DNA of 37,508 nucleotides from Perkinsus olseni (Eukaryota): NCBI GenBank assembly GCA_013115125.1, contig JABANN010000338.1, positions 1 to 37,508 of the forward strand, read 5' to 3'. Shown piece by piece: positions 23,621 to 35,768 of this stretch (position 1 is its first letter; each line of letters starts with the position of its first letter). The notes under the pieces were generated by a model. It saw only the letters and a program-made list of their open reading frames with translations, ran no database searches and was not told where the DNA came from. The position numbers and the translations under genes were made by a program.

Positions 23621-26570
23621 TTAAGACATCGGCCTACCCCTCCTTGTCGGCCCCTTCCTTAATGTAGGCCTCCAAGGCTCCCAAGGCTCTCTCAAGCTGT
23701 CCGGAGAGATCCTGCATCCTCTTGTTAAGCTCTGGTGGCAACTCCTTCGATAAGTAAGGCGACGGTAGAGGCAACGCTGGGGCAGTCGGAGCGGTGTTGT
23801 AAGCTCCAAACTGACGATAAAGGAAAGATCATATACTAATCAAACAGGATACTGCAACTTCTGTTGTGACTCCACGGACCGAGACCGTCCGACGGACATG
23901 GACGATACACGAGTGATCACTACTAGCGTGACGCTGTCAGCGTAGAGCGTGAAAGAAGCACCGGCAAGAAAAACTGATATCGTCAACACACCGCGCAACG
24001 TGACACTGCAATGCAAGATCCCCGGCAGTACCGTTCCGACTGATCCGCGTGTGGCCTGAGTTCTTTCCAGCTGCGACCACCTCTGGCTGGCGTAGCTCGC
24101 CACCTGCCTATGGAGGTCATTGACAGCAGACTCCAACTCCGATAAAGCTGCTTGCGCAGTTGACAGTAATCTGATAGCCGAGCCGGGCATTTGCCTAGGC
24201 TCCCACGACCAACGCCCAGGTTCAATTCCTGGCCGCTCTTTGTATTACGCTTCAATATGAGCAGCATCCTGCTCCCTCTGAGCCACAGCCGATCGGATGG
24301 AGTCCACCTTCGGAGCGATCTCCCCTCGTAACTGAAAAACTCAAATATTCCTTCCTAAATACCACATTTTCCCGAATCTCCGTCTGTTTGAATGAGACGA
24401 CAGCCTCCTGTCGCAATTATCCCGAGACTCGACCCTCAGGCTTATCATTCCCAACGACACTCAATGCTATACGATCGTCAACCTCACGAGAATTTTTTCG
24501 AGTTGAATACGATACTCTGATGAACCCTCGATAATATAGTCACCCCAGCAACCGACCATGTCCTTTATTTGGTCCAGTTTCTTCTGACTGTTGTCTATCT
24601 CATTATGTACTTGTTCCACCTGCTGCTTGAACTGAGCGTTCACAGCCCCCGCCTGTCGTAGCGTTACGGCCGAGGGTGACATCAAATTCGAATACCCTGA
24701 TGGAAGTATCAAAGACTTGCTTCGGTACCACTCGAACAGCCGACCACGATTTTTCTTGGAGTGCCAATGAACACAACGCCCTCGATCTTGTCGGAAACGC
24801 GACAGCAACAGCGGCAGCGCTCAGCATGCTTCACACGCGACGCCGCTTCCTCGGCCGATTCACCTTCCCCTTGGGCAACCTAGGCTCGTGTGTGACACTT
24901 GTTATCTGTAATGCCAATATCATAGAAGCCAACGGAAGATGAACAGCATCACCTTGAGGCCGTTGGTAGTGAGACCCCGTACGAATGGGCCGATCTGAGT
25001 AGAAGCGGGCACTACCCGTATCCTCAGAGGCTATGGACGGTGAAAGCGACGACAGCCGACTAAGTGCACGAGCGCAACAGCGGCGGCCGGTTCGTGTCGG
25101 AACGAGGTGGGTTCGGGTCGGTCCACTACTCACTCTCATGAGATAACGGAACCGCAGATCAGCGCACGTGACTCCTAATCGGCGCATCTTCTTAGCGACA
25201 CTTTGACCAATCCTGAGGAAAGATATCCGAAACCAAATTGGCGACAAATATGAAGGATGCCGGGATTGAACCCGCGATCTATGCAACTGTTGCTCACCGC
25301 TCCGCCGTTTTGTTGCCTTTCCTCTTGCACTTCCTGATGCCGACTCTCCCTGCGTTGGTCAGAGATACAGTCCGTCTGTTCCACGACTTGTTTATCACGG
25401 TAGCCTGTCACAGACAAGGACAACTAAGAGGCATTCCGGACAAATTTCGGTTGCTTGGGACACAGCACACAATTGTGGACCGGGTTCGAACCCCACCGGG
25501 GACACTTTTAATGCATTATTCCCGGAGATCACAGAACGTATACCGTATGGTATCTTTTTTTCTCCGCGGGTCTAATCAAAGGCTGTTCGGTTTGCCAGTT
25601 TCCGAGATCCGCAATGCAGCAGACAGCTTCAAAAATCCGTTAGCAACAAATTGCTGCCTTGTTGCCAACAATGCATGAGGCGAGAGAACACGACTAGCAA
25701 GCCGCTCACACAAGCATGCGTCATAGAAAACGAATTGCACGCGAGCCCTTGAAATGAATGCGAGCCGAAACACACTCTCTCCCCCTAACAACCAGCCCTC
25801 ACTTGGCAGTTGTTTTTCGTGCCATACACAACAATCTCGAATACATGGTCAGGCTCGAAGATACGCCCGTTCTGATTCCTGAGAAAGATTCTTCTCTCTG
25901 CACTGTAGCCGCGACCAGCGGGAACATGAGAAAATGAAACCGCGGTTGATGGCAGTTAACTGGGAGGCGCTACAAAGGCTCTTACCGCTCCACATGGTAG
26001 AACTCCGGTCGTCCTCCGCCGAGCTTGAAGTTCATAAAATTACCCTGCGGCACGAATCAACTTTCTCATGTGTAAAGAGACGGCAATTTACCGGGAATTT
26101 CCTTCTCTCCTTTTTTGACATCGCATTGAGCTTGAGCTTATGAGCCTTCTCCCGGGCCTCCTTGATGGACTGCAGCGCCTCTTCTGCACTCTTGCTCATC
26201 GCCCGACTGTCTGCCGCAAAACTCCGCATTCCAGTCAGCATCGATGATGACCTACCCAGGTGAGCCCGTCAAGACGAACGAAGCTTTCATCTATCGTGGT
26301 CGGGCCAACTAGGGTTTTGATCACTAACGGGACCAAACTGTGTGTCAAGTACTCAGTTTGGCAACAATCATCACTGACTGGTCGCCGCTGTGGCAACCTC
26401 ATAATCCTCACTATTTCATGCATTAATGCCAATGTAGTGATGGCAGTCATATAGTGTTGTACACTCCCTAGCCACAAGCGACAATGACACCACTTATCGC
26501 GACACAGTTCTGGTGTCGAACTGCTGCGGTGCTAACCCACTTCATTCGAGTGTGCACGGGAATGATGCAG
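23621..26570 (-). CDS. multi-exon coiled-coil hypothetical protein (ends approximate)
   Basis: Helical exons MSKSAEEALQSIKEAREKAHKL, AVNAQFKQQVEQVHNEIDNSQKKLDQIKDM, PKVDSIRSAVAQREQDAAHIEA and MPGSAIRLLSTAQAALSELESAVNDLHRQV. Intron 24195..24248 joins the last two in frame. Confidence 0.55.
24216..24232 (+). promoter_or_regulatory. B-box with perfect T-arm in intron 24195..24248 (antisense)
   Basis: CCAGG-TTCAATT-CCTGG. Confidence 0.65.
25251..25272 (-). promoter_or_regulatory. B-box / tRNA 3'-end-like motif in putative intron 25213..25296 (sense)
   Basis: AGATCGCG-GGTTCAATCCC-GGCATCCTT-CA. Confidence 0.65.
25483..25504 (+). promoter_or_regulatory. B-box / tRNA 3'-end-like motif, probably intronic (antisense)
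   Basis: CCG-GGTTCGAACCC-CACCGGGGA-CA-CTTTT. Confidence 0.65.
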
Positions 26571-26832
26571 CATAGGCCGCGGCCTGATGCCTGATAGCCA
26601 GGCAGTGCCCAGTTGATGGCTCACCTGTAAACTGGTTGCATAAGGCTCGCTACTCGCCGGATAAGCGGCATACTAGAAACAACCATCTGCACGGAAAATA
26701 CGCGGCCCTGTCTCTTGCAGGGACTGATAATTCAACTCGCCGCCCGTAAACATGATAAACTGAGATGGTGCGATTCAACAACAACAGCTGAAAACCTCCA
26801 CTTCAACCTGGTGATGAAACCCTCACAGCCTT

Positions 26833-27813
26833 TCAAAAATAGAAACAACTCAGGGTTCCGTCACCTGAGTCAGCCTTCTCCGAGTACAGGGCGAGCACCG
26901 TATCATCCGCTCCCGCCAGCACGTACCGATAGAACGAAGATCCTTTACACAAGTGAGATGCCGGCCGAAACTTGTCCGCGATCCACAGAGAACTCTCATC
27001 GCCTTTACAACAGAACATAGCCACCCACTGCTCCCCGACGAACCAGGCATCTTTCGTCTCGACGTCATCAGCACTGCGAGGGAGCCGCGTCTCCTTCTTC
27101 CCCCGCACAAGCGAGCTACGTCCGTGGCCCAACTTGAACTGAGTGATGATAGTCTGACCCTCGGGTGAAACTCTGGCCATCTCCACACAACCACGAATGT
27201 AGGCTAGCCTAGGGGCAATGCTCATGCACTCGGACACCACGCCGTGCCAAAGCAGATGAGCGCGACGGTAGATTCCCTCTCCCTTTAAACGCACAGCATT
27301 CAACGAGGTAGTAGTTCCTCTGAGTGTCGTCAGGAAAAGCATACCGTCGCCAATGACAATACTCGTCTCGGTCCCATTAACCACAAGACCTTCCACGACG
27401 TAAAGCTTGAAGAAGGCGCCTGTTTTCATATCATATACGGAGACCCTCGAGTTCTTCGTATGCAGGACGACGAGATGATCTTCGGCCGAGTCGTAGGCGT
27501 AGGCCCCTCCAGTATGGCAGGCCTCCAACGCCAGACAGGGTGTGGGGCCTCCCTGTAAAGGTCGCACTACAAGGCAGCCGGGGCTGGAGAACACACCCAT
27601 CGTCTCACCCCCACGAACAAACACGTGTAGGGGGATGTGTGGTACGCGGGTGTAAGTTCGACCCTTCTCTGTTGGTTTGGTGTCGCGCGCCTTAAAACAG
27701 CCGAGGATCTCCTGTTGCAGGTCATCTATCGGCTCCCTTCTCGGGCCGCCTCTCCTCCACAGCTCATCGAGGCAGCTCAACTCCAACGACATAATATGGG
27801 ACGGCGCCTTCAT
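26833..27813 (-). CDS. intronless hypothetical protein, 326 aa, beta-rich (possible propeller-like) C-terminal part
   Basis: Longest ORF in the window, with an ATG start. Strand-like segments such as AYAYDSAEDHLVVLH..RVSVYDMKTG. No family recognised. Confidence 0.65.
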   Translation of the reverse strand: MKAPSHIMSLELSCLDELWRRGGPRREPIDDLQQEILGCFKARDTKPTEKGRTYTRVPHIPLHVFVRGGETMGVFSSPGCLVVRPLQGGPTPCLALEACHTGGAYAYDSAEDHLVVLHTKNSRVSVYDMKTGAFFKLYVVEGLVVNGTETSIVIGDGMLFLTTLRGTTTSLNAVRLKGEGIYRRAHLLWHGVVSECMSIAPRLAYIRGCVEMARVSPEGQTIITQFKLGHGRSSLVRGKKETRLPRSADDVETKDAWFVGEQWVAMFCCKGDESSLWIADKFRPASHLCKGSSFYRYVLAGADDTVLALYSEKADSGDGTLSCFYF

Positions 27814-28079
27814 GGCCAGACCAATAGAGAACTAAATTGAAACTATCAATTCGCAGCAGCCTCGCCCGTCTTTCAGAGGGACATACTCAATCGAATAAGA
27901 CTGTCCGGCGATCGATATAGATTCCCCGTACCATTCTCTATAGCGATTCTCTAGCTATCTTGCTCGATCGTTGAACCCTTCCAGTAGCAATGAGCTCCCT
28001 CCAGAAAAACAACAGCCTCTCAGTATGCTGGAAACTTCACTGTAAAAACTCTCCCATACAGACCGTAAGAACTCATGCC

Positions 28080-29940
28080 TCAGTCAAGCTTCGGGAGGCC
28101 GAGACTGAGCCGGGCGAGGTTGTACCTAACAAATGTCAAGCGTAAGAGAGTATTCTTAGAGAACCATCAGGGGAGCTCAGAGGAAGTGTCTGCTCACGTG
28201 TTCTTCAAAAGCATCGCGATGGTCATGGGTCCAACGCCGCCTGGGACCTGGAAAGCAGGAGGTGGGGACAGTAGGGGACTCAAGGGGAGATGATACGCCC
28301 TACAGGGGTAATATAAGAGCAGTGCTCCTTCACATTCTCATAGTCGACATCACCAACAAGACGGTAACTGAGATGATGAAAATGGCAGAAACACAGCGGA
28401 GCGAAGCAGAAACTTACCCAGACTTTTTAGTGGCGTCCTCAACGCTATTGATTCCAACGTCAATCACAACAGCGCCCTCCTTCACCCAGTCAGCCTTGAT
28501 GAAGTTAGCGCGACCTGAGATGCCGCTGCCGGGATCGAACCCGAGACCTTCCACCCACCGATAGCAGCAATAACAATATCAGCCCTTCTGACCACTCCCG
28601 GCAGGTCTCGAGTCTTCGAGTGGCACACTGTGACCGTGGCGTTCTCGTGTATCAGTAGCAGCGCCACTGGCATACCCTTACACAACAACCTTCCTTAGCT
28701 CAGCCACCCACAACCTCGCCACCTACCACAATATTGCTCCGGCCAACGACCACCGCGTTCTTCCCCGCGATCTCAATCTTGTATCGCTTCAACAGTTCAA
28801 TAACACCGTACCTAACACGAATGGCAAATTTGAGAGCTGGGAGGGGATAGTTAACCGCTATTGACCGCCTGCCCCATCCCATGCAACTCGCGACGCTGAT
28901 TCAGAATCTATGATCGCTTTTCTCTTGAGACGCGCACTATCTTTCAAAAAAGTACACCACGATTTTTCACTAGGCTACATTAGCTATTGCAGCCCACTAA
29001 AAACACTGTCGCCCCCACTTCCTACGGCGTGCATGATATCGCCTTGGGCTGAACACCCTTCAAAGCAAGGGCTCCAATATTTGCGGGGTCAAAACCATCA
29101 ACATCCTTCTCAACTAAGAGGACCATGTCTCAACACAAGCCCACCACCCGCCAGGCTCTACTCATGATCCTGCCCAGGACCTTCTGTTCGCTGATATGAG
29201 GCGGCAGTGGCAGCTGCACCAAAATGCCGTGGACCTCGGGATCCGCGTTGAACCGAGACACCGCGGCCAGTACTTCCTCCTGCGGGCTTCAGATCGGCTC
29301 CGCGAGAGCAGAAGAGATGCACTACCTCACTGCACGTGTCTGGAAGGACCTTCTCCCTGCTGATGAAGCCCACTTCCGCCGCGGCCTTCTTCTTCATACG
29401 GACGTAGGTAGCCGAGTCTGGCCTATCCCCCACCAGAATCACTGCGATACCCGGCGTTACCCCGTGAGCGGCCTGAAGACGGCAGGACGATCGCAGACGA
29501 ATCAACTGCACCACAAAGGGTGTTCCAATTCGATAAGCGCCGACATGATCAGACTGAAACAATGAGCAGACTTCAAAGTACAGGGTGGAAATCTATGAAG
29601 CTCAGATCTCAGTGAATCCAGATTCATCCTTCATAGCGGAAAGCCCTGTCTACTACTTTCCGTGATTTGAATGCCGAATCGGAACACCCTGTCCTGTATG
29701 AAGTAGGTCCGAAAATCATGCTTCGCTCCGCCCGAAGGAGAGACGAAAGAAACACTGCACCCATCGGACACTTAGCACATAAAAGTTCTACCATCGCGCA
29801 CAGCCCCTCGAACGTTTAAGGATCGCAAGGCGAAGGCAGTCCATTGCGTATTAGACTACCTTCATCTCTTCTCCAAGCTGTTTGAGCTCCGCCCTCACCT
29901 CCTGGGCTACTTTCTTGCCATCGATGATTTGATAGGTCAT
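28080..29940 (-). CDS. folD: bifunctional methylenetetrahydrofolate dehydrogenase/cyclohydrolase, multi-exon
   Basis: [147 protein letters not shown], ending LGLPKLD-TGA. Confidence 0.96.
28521..28551 (-). promoter_or_regulatory. B-box / tRNA 3'-end-like motif filling most of folD intron 28515..28558 (sense)
   Basis: GAAGGTCTCG-GGTTCGATCCC-GGCAGCGG-CA then TCTCAG acceptor. Confidence 0.7.
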
Positions 29941-29973
29941 AAAGGAGCCGCGGTCAGAAAAAACACTTCACCG

Positions 29974-29984
29974 GGAATCGAACC
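29974..29984 (-). promoter_or_regulatory. perfect B-box 33 nt upstream of the folD ATG
   Basis: AGGCTGTG-GGTTCGATTCC-CGGTGAAGTG-TTTTTT. Confidence 0.6.
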
Positions 29985-30799
29985 CACAGCCTCACGGTAG
30001 CAGTAACTCAAACACAACACACGGAGACCGGACGTTATTTTCTCTATGAAATGATCTGCGAGGAGATGCCGAGTTGCCTCATACGCTTCAGCAGCCGCAA
30101 CGCCTCCACGTCACTGAGAAAAGGGGGGGGGCAATCGGTAGAGGAAACCACTTAGTTCGATCAATGCTAACAACGCCCCCTGCTCAATCGTGATGCATCG
30201 CCCCTTCCCAAGACGAGGAAAATCGGCGACCCACGGAATCACGCCTTACTTTGCCAGATCACTCTGGCTCTCGATAGTCGGGCTGTACAACCCGACTGCC
30301 CGGCGAAGCTCTTCATTGACGATCGGAGTCAACCTTACAGGGCATGAGTCTACCTCTGAGCGAACGGCGTCAGCGGCGACCCACCCCGGCTTCTTAGCTT
30401 CTCCTAGTGCTGGTTTGGTCATCTTGGCTGTTGCTTGTCTCTCCAGAATTCCTGTGAGGGCCGATGCGATGGCTAGAGACTCGGCAGTGAAGATGGAGTC
30501 CTTGCGCAAGAGTAGGCGCTTCGCTCCTGAGGCAATCGTGATAAGAAGGCAATATCAGGACCTTGAGGGTGCTCAATTGACGGATCTGGATCTCTCTTGA
30601 CATTCAAAAATGAAATCTAGGATCGTCAATTCCAGTATCGGTTCAGTGAACAGACTTCGTAGCTGCACTGTTCGAGTGTACCCTTCTTGACGGACCGTCT
30701 GATTGCACTGCATATCAAGGCTACAGACAGCCTTTAGCTGAGCCGGTACCGTAAGCCTTGGACTGTCAACTCACACAAAGCTCGTAGCTCTCACTTCGC

Positions 30800-32207
30800 A
30801 TGTGTAAACGGGAGCAATTACGACTCCTGCCAGCCCCAAAGGGGACCATGAGAGATGCGAGAGATGGTGGCAGACTGCCACTGCCAGATGGTTCGACATG
30901 GTGGCCTCCATGGAGGATCTATTCCGTGCTCTATTCCGTGCTATTCGAGCAAGAAGGGCTTTCTTAGAAAGCGGTCCCCCATTACCTCCGATAGCCAGAA
31001 GCTGCAGCCGAGAGGATTCTCCATCCATGATGAGCTTCACCTGTCCTATGTACGCATCAACATTAGATACCATCGTCAGATCACCGCGACACAGCCCGTA
31101 GTGCGCCATCCATACCTAACATCACCCTAATCGTCGGCCCACACCAAGCCTCACTGCCCGACCTGCAGCGAGTTCAGCTTCTGCGACTCGAGCCAGGGCT
31201 TCGGCACAGACAACATCTCCGCTGAAGAGCACAGACTGTCACACAGTCTTCGAGGAATCTGCTGCACCAGTAGAGCATGGACCTATGGGAAGAAGAGCTA
31301 AAAATAACACTGCTGCATCGCTTCGCTCCGCCAAAAAACTCGGTGACCACGGTACCTCGATCGCGCTCTGCAGCAGAGCTGTGTGAATGGCCAACTGAGG
31401 TCCCCAGAGCATCCCCAATAGCCCCGTGAGGATGGACGTGCCGCATATCAACTGAGAGAGCACTACGATATTTAAGACGACAGGCTTTGTGATCAGAGAC
31501 AGATACCTACCAGAAAGTGAGGACGGACGGCCCTCCAGGAGGAATAGAGTGGATAGGCGCAGAGCGACCAGGACAGCTCCAGCTCCTCAGGCCGCAGCCA
31601 CAGTGTCTTTATCTGACAAAAAGGAGCATCACCCAAACCGCGATCGAGGCGAGCTCACCTGGGAGGCGAGGGCTACGATCCAGCAGCCCCACGTGACCAG
31701 TTCGGAGTCGCCGGATGCCACGAGATACGCATAGAGTGGTATGCAGAGCGCGTAGAAGGCCGTGGGTATACCGCGGACCGTCGATGATGCGGAGGCCGTT
31801 GTCCCTAACAGGTTCACACCATTCACAACTTCGGTGAGGACCAGAACAATTTTTTGCGGCATCCCGCTCTAGTCTTCATGGCTTCTGGATGTGACAAAAA
31901 TACCCTGTACGCTTCGTGCCCACTAGCGTGTATGATGCAGTATGGACTTCCGATGTCAATAGGGAACAAAAGCACTGACAACATCGATGTCGGACCCAAA
32001 TTCCCGCCTACCACAGTAAACGCCAAGCTGGGTTGATCTCAGCAGGAGCAGCAGCCAGACACCAAGAGCAATCCGGATGCTCGCCCATACAGTGTCCCCT
32101 CTGATTAGCAACAATCGCAGGAGGAAGTAGAAGCCAGCCGCCTTAAAGCACGTGGTGAGGAGAGCGGAGTAGAACCCCTGTCTGAGAGGGTCACTTGGAG
32201 GTGCCAT
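30800..32207 (-). CDS. multi-exon, multi-pass membrane hypothetical protein (3' end approximate)
   Basis: ATG at 32207 (MAPPSDPLRQGFYSALL...). A series of hydrophobic exons separated by short GT-AG introns, e.g. PTAFYALCIPLYAYLVASG and ICGTSILTGLLGMLWGPQLAIH. Confidence 0.55.
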
Positions 32208-32899
32208 TTGGTTAAGTCAACACCGAGAACCCCCCTGCATGAGAATGAGCAAACTAGCGTTGTCAACACTGAGCTACTACTCTGAGAAGTTTGCTAACAT
32301 GACCGCAACGGAGCGTGGAAAGCGCTGTGATTACCAATGGTGATTTACAAAGAGGGCGCGAACAGTTCATCTACGTGCTGATGGTCAACTGACTCAACGC
32401 TCGGACTTATCCGACGCTGGTTATGAAGCATGGCATGCTTAGAATGCTAAGGCTCTCAACGAAGAGAGGACTTATGCTGCGTATTCCGCTGCTGCCGTGA
32501 TAACGAAAAACACCTGGCACCTCCACCTGAGCACAGCAATAATTACCGAAGAAGGACACGACGCAGTGAAAGATGAAATTCTAAGAAATGACAATGATGT
32601 TCAATGATCGTAGCACCACCTAAGTCACGACTTCAGGGATGAACTGGAGCCGTGGTGCGTTCTCAAATGTGGACAGATAACTCAAGATCATATGCGACGA
32701 AACGGGCATGAGCTTGGCAGTGCAGAATATCATCACTCCTCCGTAAGAGTACTAGTAGTACTGGGCTCAGCCTGACAGTCTGGCTCAGACATGGTTAGCA
32801 CCACACCCTCAGTGGGGAAAAAGTCGAGAGTACCGGCCTGTAACGATGGAGAGGTCCGATGATATCGTTCAATATGCTGCTTGAAGCTACCACGCTAAC

Positions 32900-34050
32900 C
32901 AAGCGTTAGTAACCAACATATTCCTTCTAGTGAGCTACTCTGTTGACCCGGAATATGGAGAAGACGTAGTCCGGGATGTATTGCAAGCCGCTGAAGCCCT
33001 CCGCATCCTCAAGCAACAACTCAGTCGCAAGCCTATCTCCCAACCCACCACCATGCTCGACTGGCACAGTTGTACGGCCTCCAGGCCTGGCTGGGCATCA
33101 GCCATAACAGTGCATCTCCCCCTCCGCCGTGGTGCTTGCAGAAAATAGCTCTGCTGCCGCTTATTAGCCGCACTCGAGGAGAAACTCTACCGTTGAGTGA
33201 TACCACGAACGGGTAGCGTTATCACAAGACCACTTTCTGCAGCAACCTTCTGTTCAGTAAATCCCGCCGGGCCTAGATCCCATTCTGCGTATACGTTATC
33301 AGTTAAGTACCACAGTCATGGGAGACTCTTCCCGTGCTCGGGTCACGAGTTCTCTGTGCACTCTATACAGAACAATATATTCGCTTCAATAGAGCACAGT
33401 GCCACTTCTAGGCTGAGTAAAAATCGTCTCTCTGGGTGCACTATTAAGTCCAGGATTGGGGGATCCCCTTGAAAGCATCCCTAGCCGCGAGTCCCGAAGA
33501 TACCACATTCATTGGCTTCATGATAACCATTCCCATGTTCATCATTCATTTTTGAAGACACAACCCGTCCGAAGTCCAACTTCGGTGTCACCAAACCCGT
33601 GATCGAACATTCTCGTCTCGAAGCACTCGTCATGTCTATCAAATTGGCTGCTCCCATCTGGCGAGAAAGTGAGGGTGAACTTCGCCCAGCCAAGTACTTC
33701 ACCGGCTTCTCTATCATTTGCCTACCCAAGCATCCACAGTGTAAACTCCACTCAAACGACAGACTGACGGTTCCCGAGAACTTCGATCAACGGGTAGTAC
33801 CCGCCGGGGACCCAATTAAGAATCAGGATTCGCAACTACCGACATATTGGGTTAAAAAATCAGCTTTATCATAAACCTGACACTATCAACGCCGCCAACA
33901 TTAGAGCCTCGTCGAGAATTCCCTGATACGCTGGAGCACATTTACCCGGCTGAATCCACAGAGGTCAAGCTTACCTCATCTATATATTCCTGTCGAGCTG
34001 CGTGGTAGGACACGGCCCGGGCAGAGACATAGTTGAAATGGTAGTACCTG
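32900..34050 (-). CDS. possible spliced hypothetical gene
   Basis: Exon-like YYHFNYVSARAVSYHAARQEYIDE is bounded by AG and GTAAGC, and there are further open segments (33481..33729). Family not recognised. Confidence 0.3.
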
Positions 34051-34399
34051 TAGATTCTCCAGGAGTAATAAAGCATTTTTCCCCACTGGAAAAGCAGATC
34101 TTCGGACTATCCGTTTTGGATATAATATTTCCAAAACTATTAGTATTAACTAGTATTACTATCTGCCCCTATTAGGAACCTTTGTTGGCGAGGAATCACC
34201 GCGATAGTCTATCACGGGAGTAATCCTTCGATCATGTGTCCACCACTGATAGAGAGTCTCTATTGAAGACATCATCGAGAGGCTACTCCCGGTCTCAACC
34301 CATCCCAGAGGAGAGCCTCGCTGGTCGGCAATCACTCAACAAGTAGAATTTGAATATAACAAGTCACAGCACACTCCGTATCATAAAATGGCGCTTCTT

Positions 34400-35768
34400 G
34401 AAAAACCAAATATCATCACCAAGCAGAAAAGTTTAGTCCTGTCGGGCACACTGCCAGTAGTCCACCAGATTCCGCAGACCTCGAACGACTCCCGCATCGC
34501 CAACCGTACCTGAAGGGCGACATCTGGCCCCTAGAAAAGTTCTTCTGGCGGTTTTGGCTATCCCCTGATCGGCCATGACTTACCCGAGTAATCAACATGC
34601 GCGAAGTCAATCAGTTTTCCCCTCATCTGGGGTTTCTCTTCGGCAGCATCGAATGCCAGCAAGATGGACGAACACACGATCTCGAAGGCACCGTCGGATT
34701 CCTCAAACCAATCGAGGATCTTTTTCGTGATATCAAGCCCCTGAGACCCGACCCACTGTGTTTAGCTCTCCAATCCCAGTCCTTGTACTACTACCTGCTG
34801 ACCCAAACCCTCGCGATCCATCCATGTGAATCGCCGTAGGATCTGAGAGATTGGTCAGTTTAGCCTGTGTAAGGTTGGTGCACTCTCACAGTTATGATCT
34901 CAGATGGCGTCCGGAGAGCAGTACATTCCTTTTTACTCAGATTCCAGTGCCCACCGCTCGGACCAGTGGCAGCTCCATTCGTACCTGTACACCAATGCCA
35001 TGAATATAATCCTCAAGGCAGGGGTCACGAAATCACAGACAACCTCGGACGCTGCCATTATATAAAACAGCGTGTTCAGTCTTACAAAGAGCTGTCAGAC
35101 GAACAGCGAGCTCTCCCGCGCTACTATCCCTGACTTTATCCAACTTCTCTTGCAACTGAGATAGAGAAGTGACTTCTCAGAAGTCCGGCAAGGACCAGCG
35201 GTCGAGTTCTTACTTTTGCACCAGTATAACCATTTTCCCAGTATTTATCACCGAGTTTTACGTCCATCACACAGGGCTGCTTCATGCCGTAGGTCAAGTC
35301 TTCAAGCCAAATTCGATACCTAATAACCGCGCCAACTCTCCTCGCAACCATACCGCCTATCTACTACGCGCTCTTCTTTTCGTCTGATAATCGCTCAACA
35401 TTTACACAGGTAGGAACCAATGGCTTCAGTTTCTCCAGCAGACGCTCCTGCCGCTCGGTGATAGGTGATGACACAAGTGAAGTGTCAGTGGGGATCGAAA
35501 AGAGCAGCGAGTAGAACTGAGAGAAATGGACCAGTACTGATGGATAATAGGCAACGAGCACAGCACGACACTGCCGCCTAGTCATAAGACAAACCCAGAA
35601 GAACTCTGTCACCGCGGCTCGATCTACCTCAGCCTCTTTTGCCTTTGTCTTCTTAATGATGAAGCCCTCCCTTTCTGGGTCTCGTGCAATCCCACCTGCA
35701 ACAGCAACACCTCCGGCTCTCCATAAACGTCGAGACCAACAGCGCTCAGTAACGACCCTCACCCTCAT
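34400..35768 (-). CDS. inositol polyphosphate kinase (IPK/IPMK family), multi-exon; ends approximate
   Basis: VAGG, LEDLTYGMKQPCVMDVKLG (PxxxDxKxG), SSILLAFD (SSLL motif) and KLIDFAHV (IDF motif) occur in the correct order. Confidence 0.88.

Noticed and set aside
30917-30946. Short direct repeat TCTATTCCGTGC
   Set aside because: About 2.5 units within probable coding sequence (RIARNRARNR); simple slippage.
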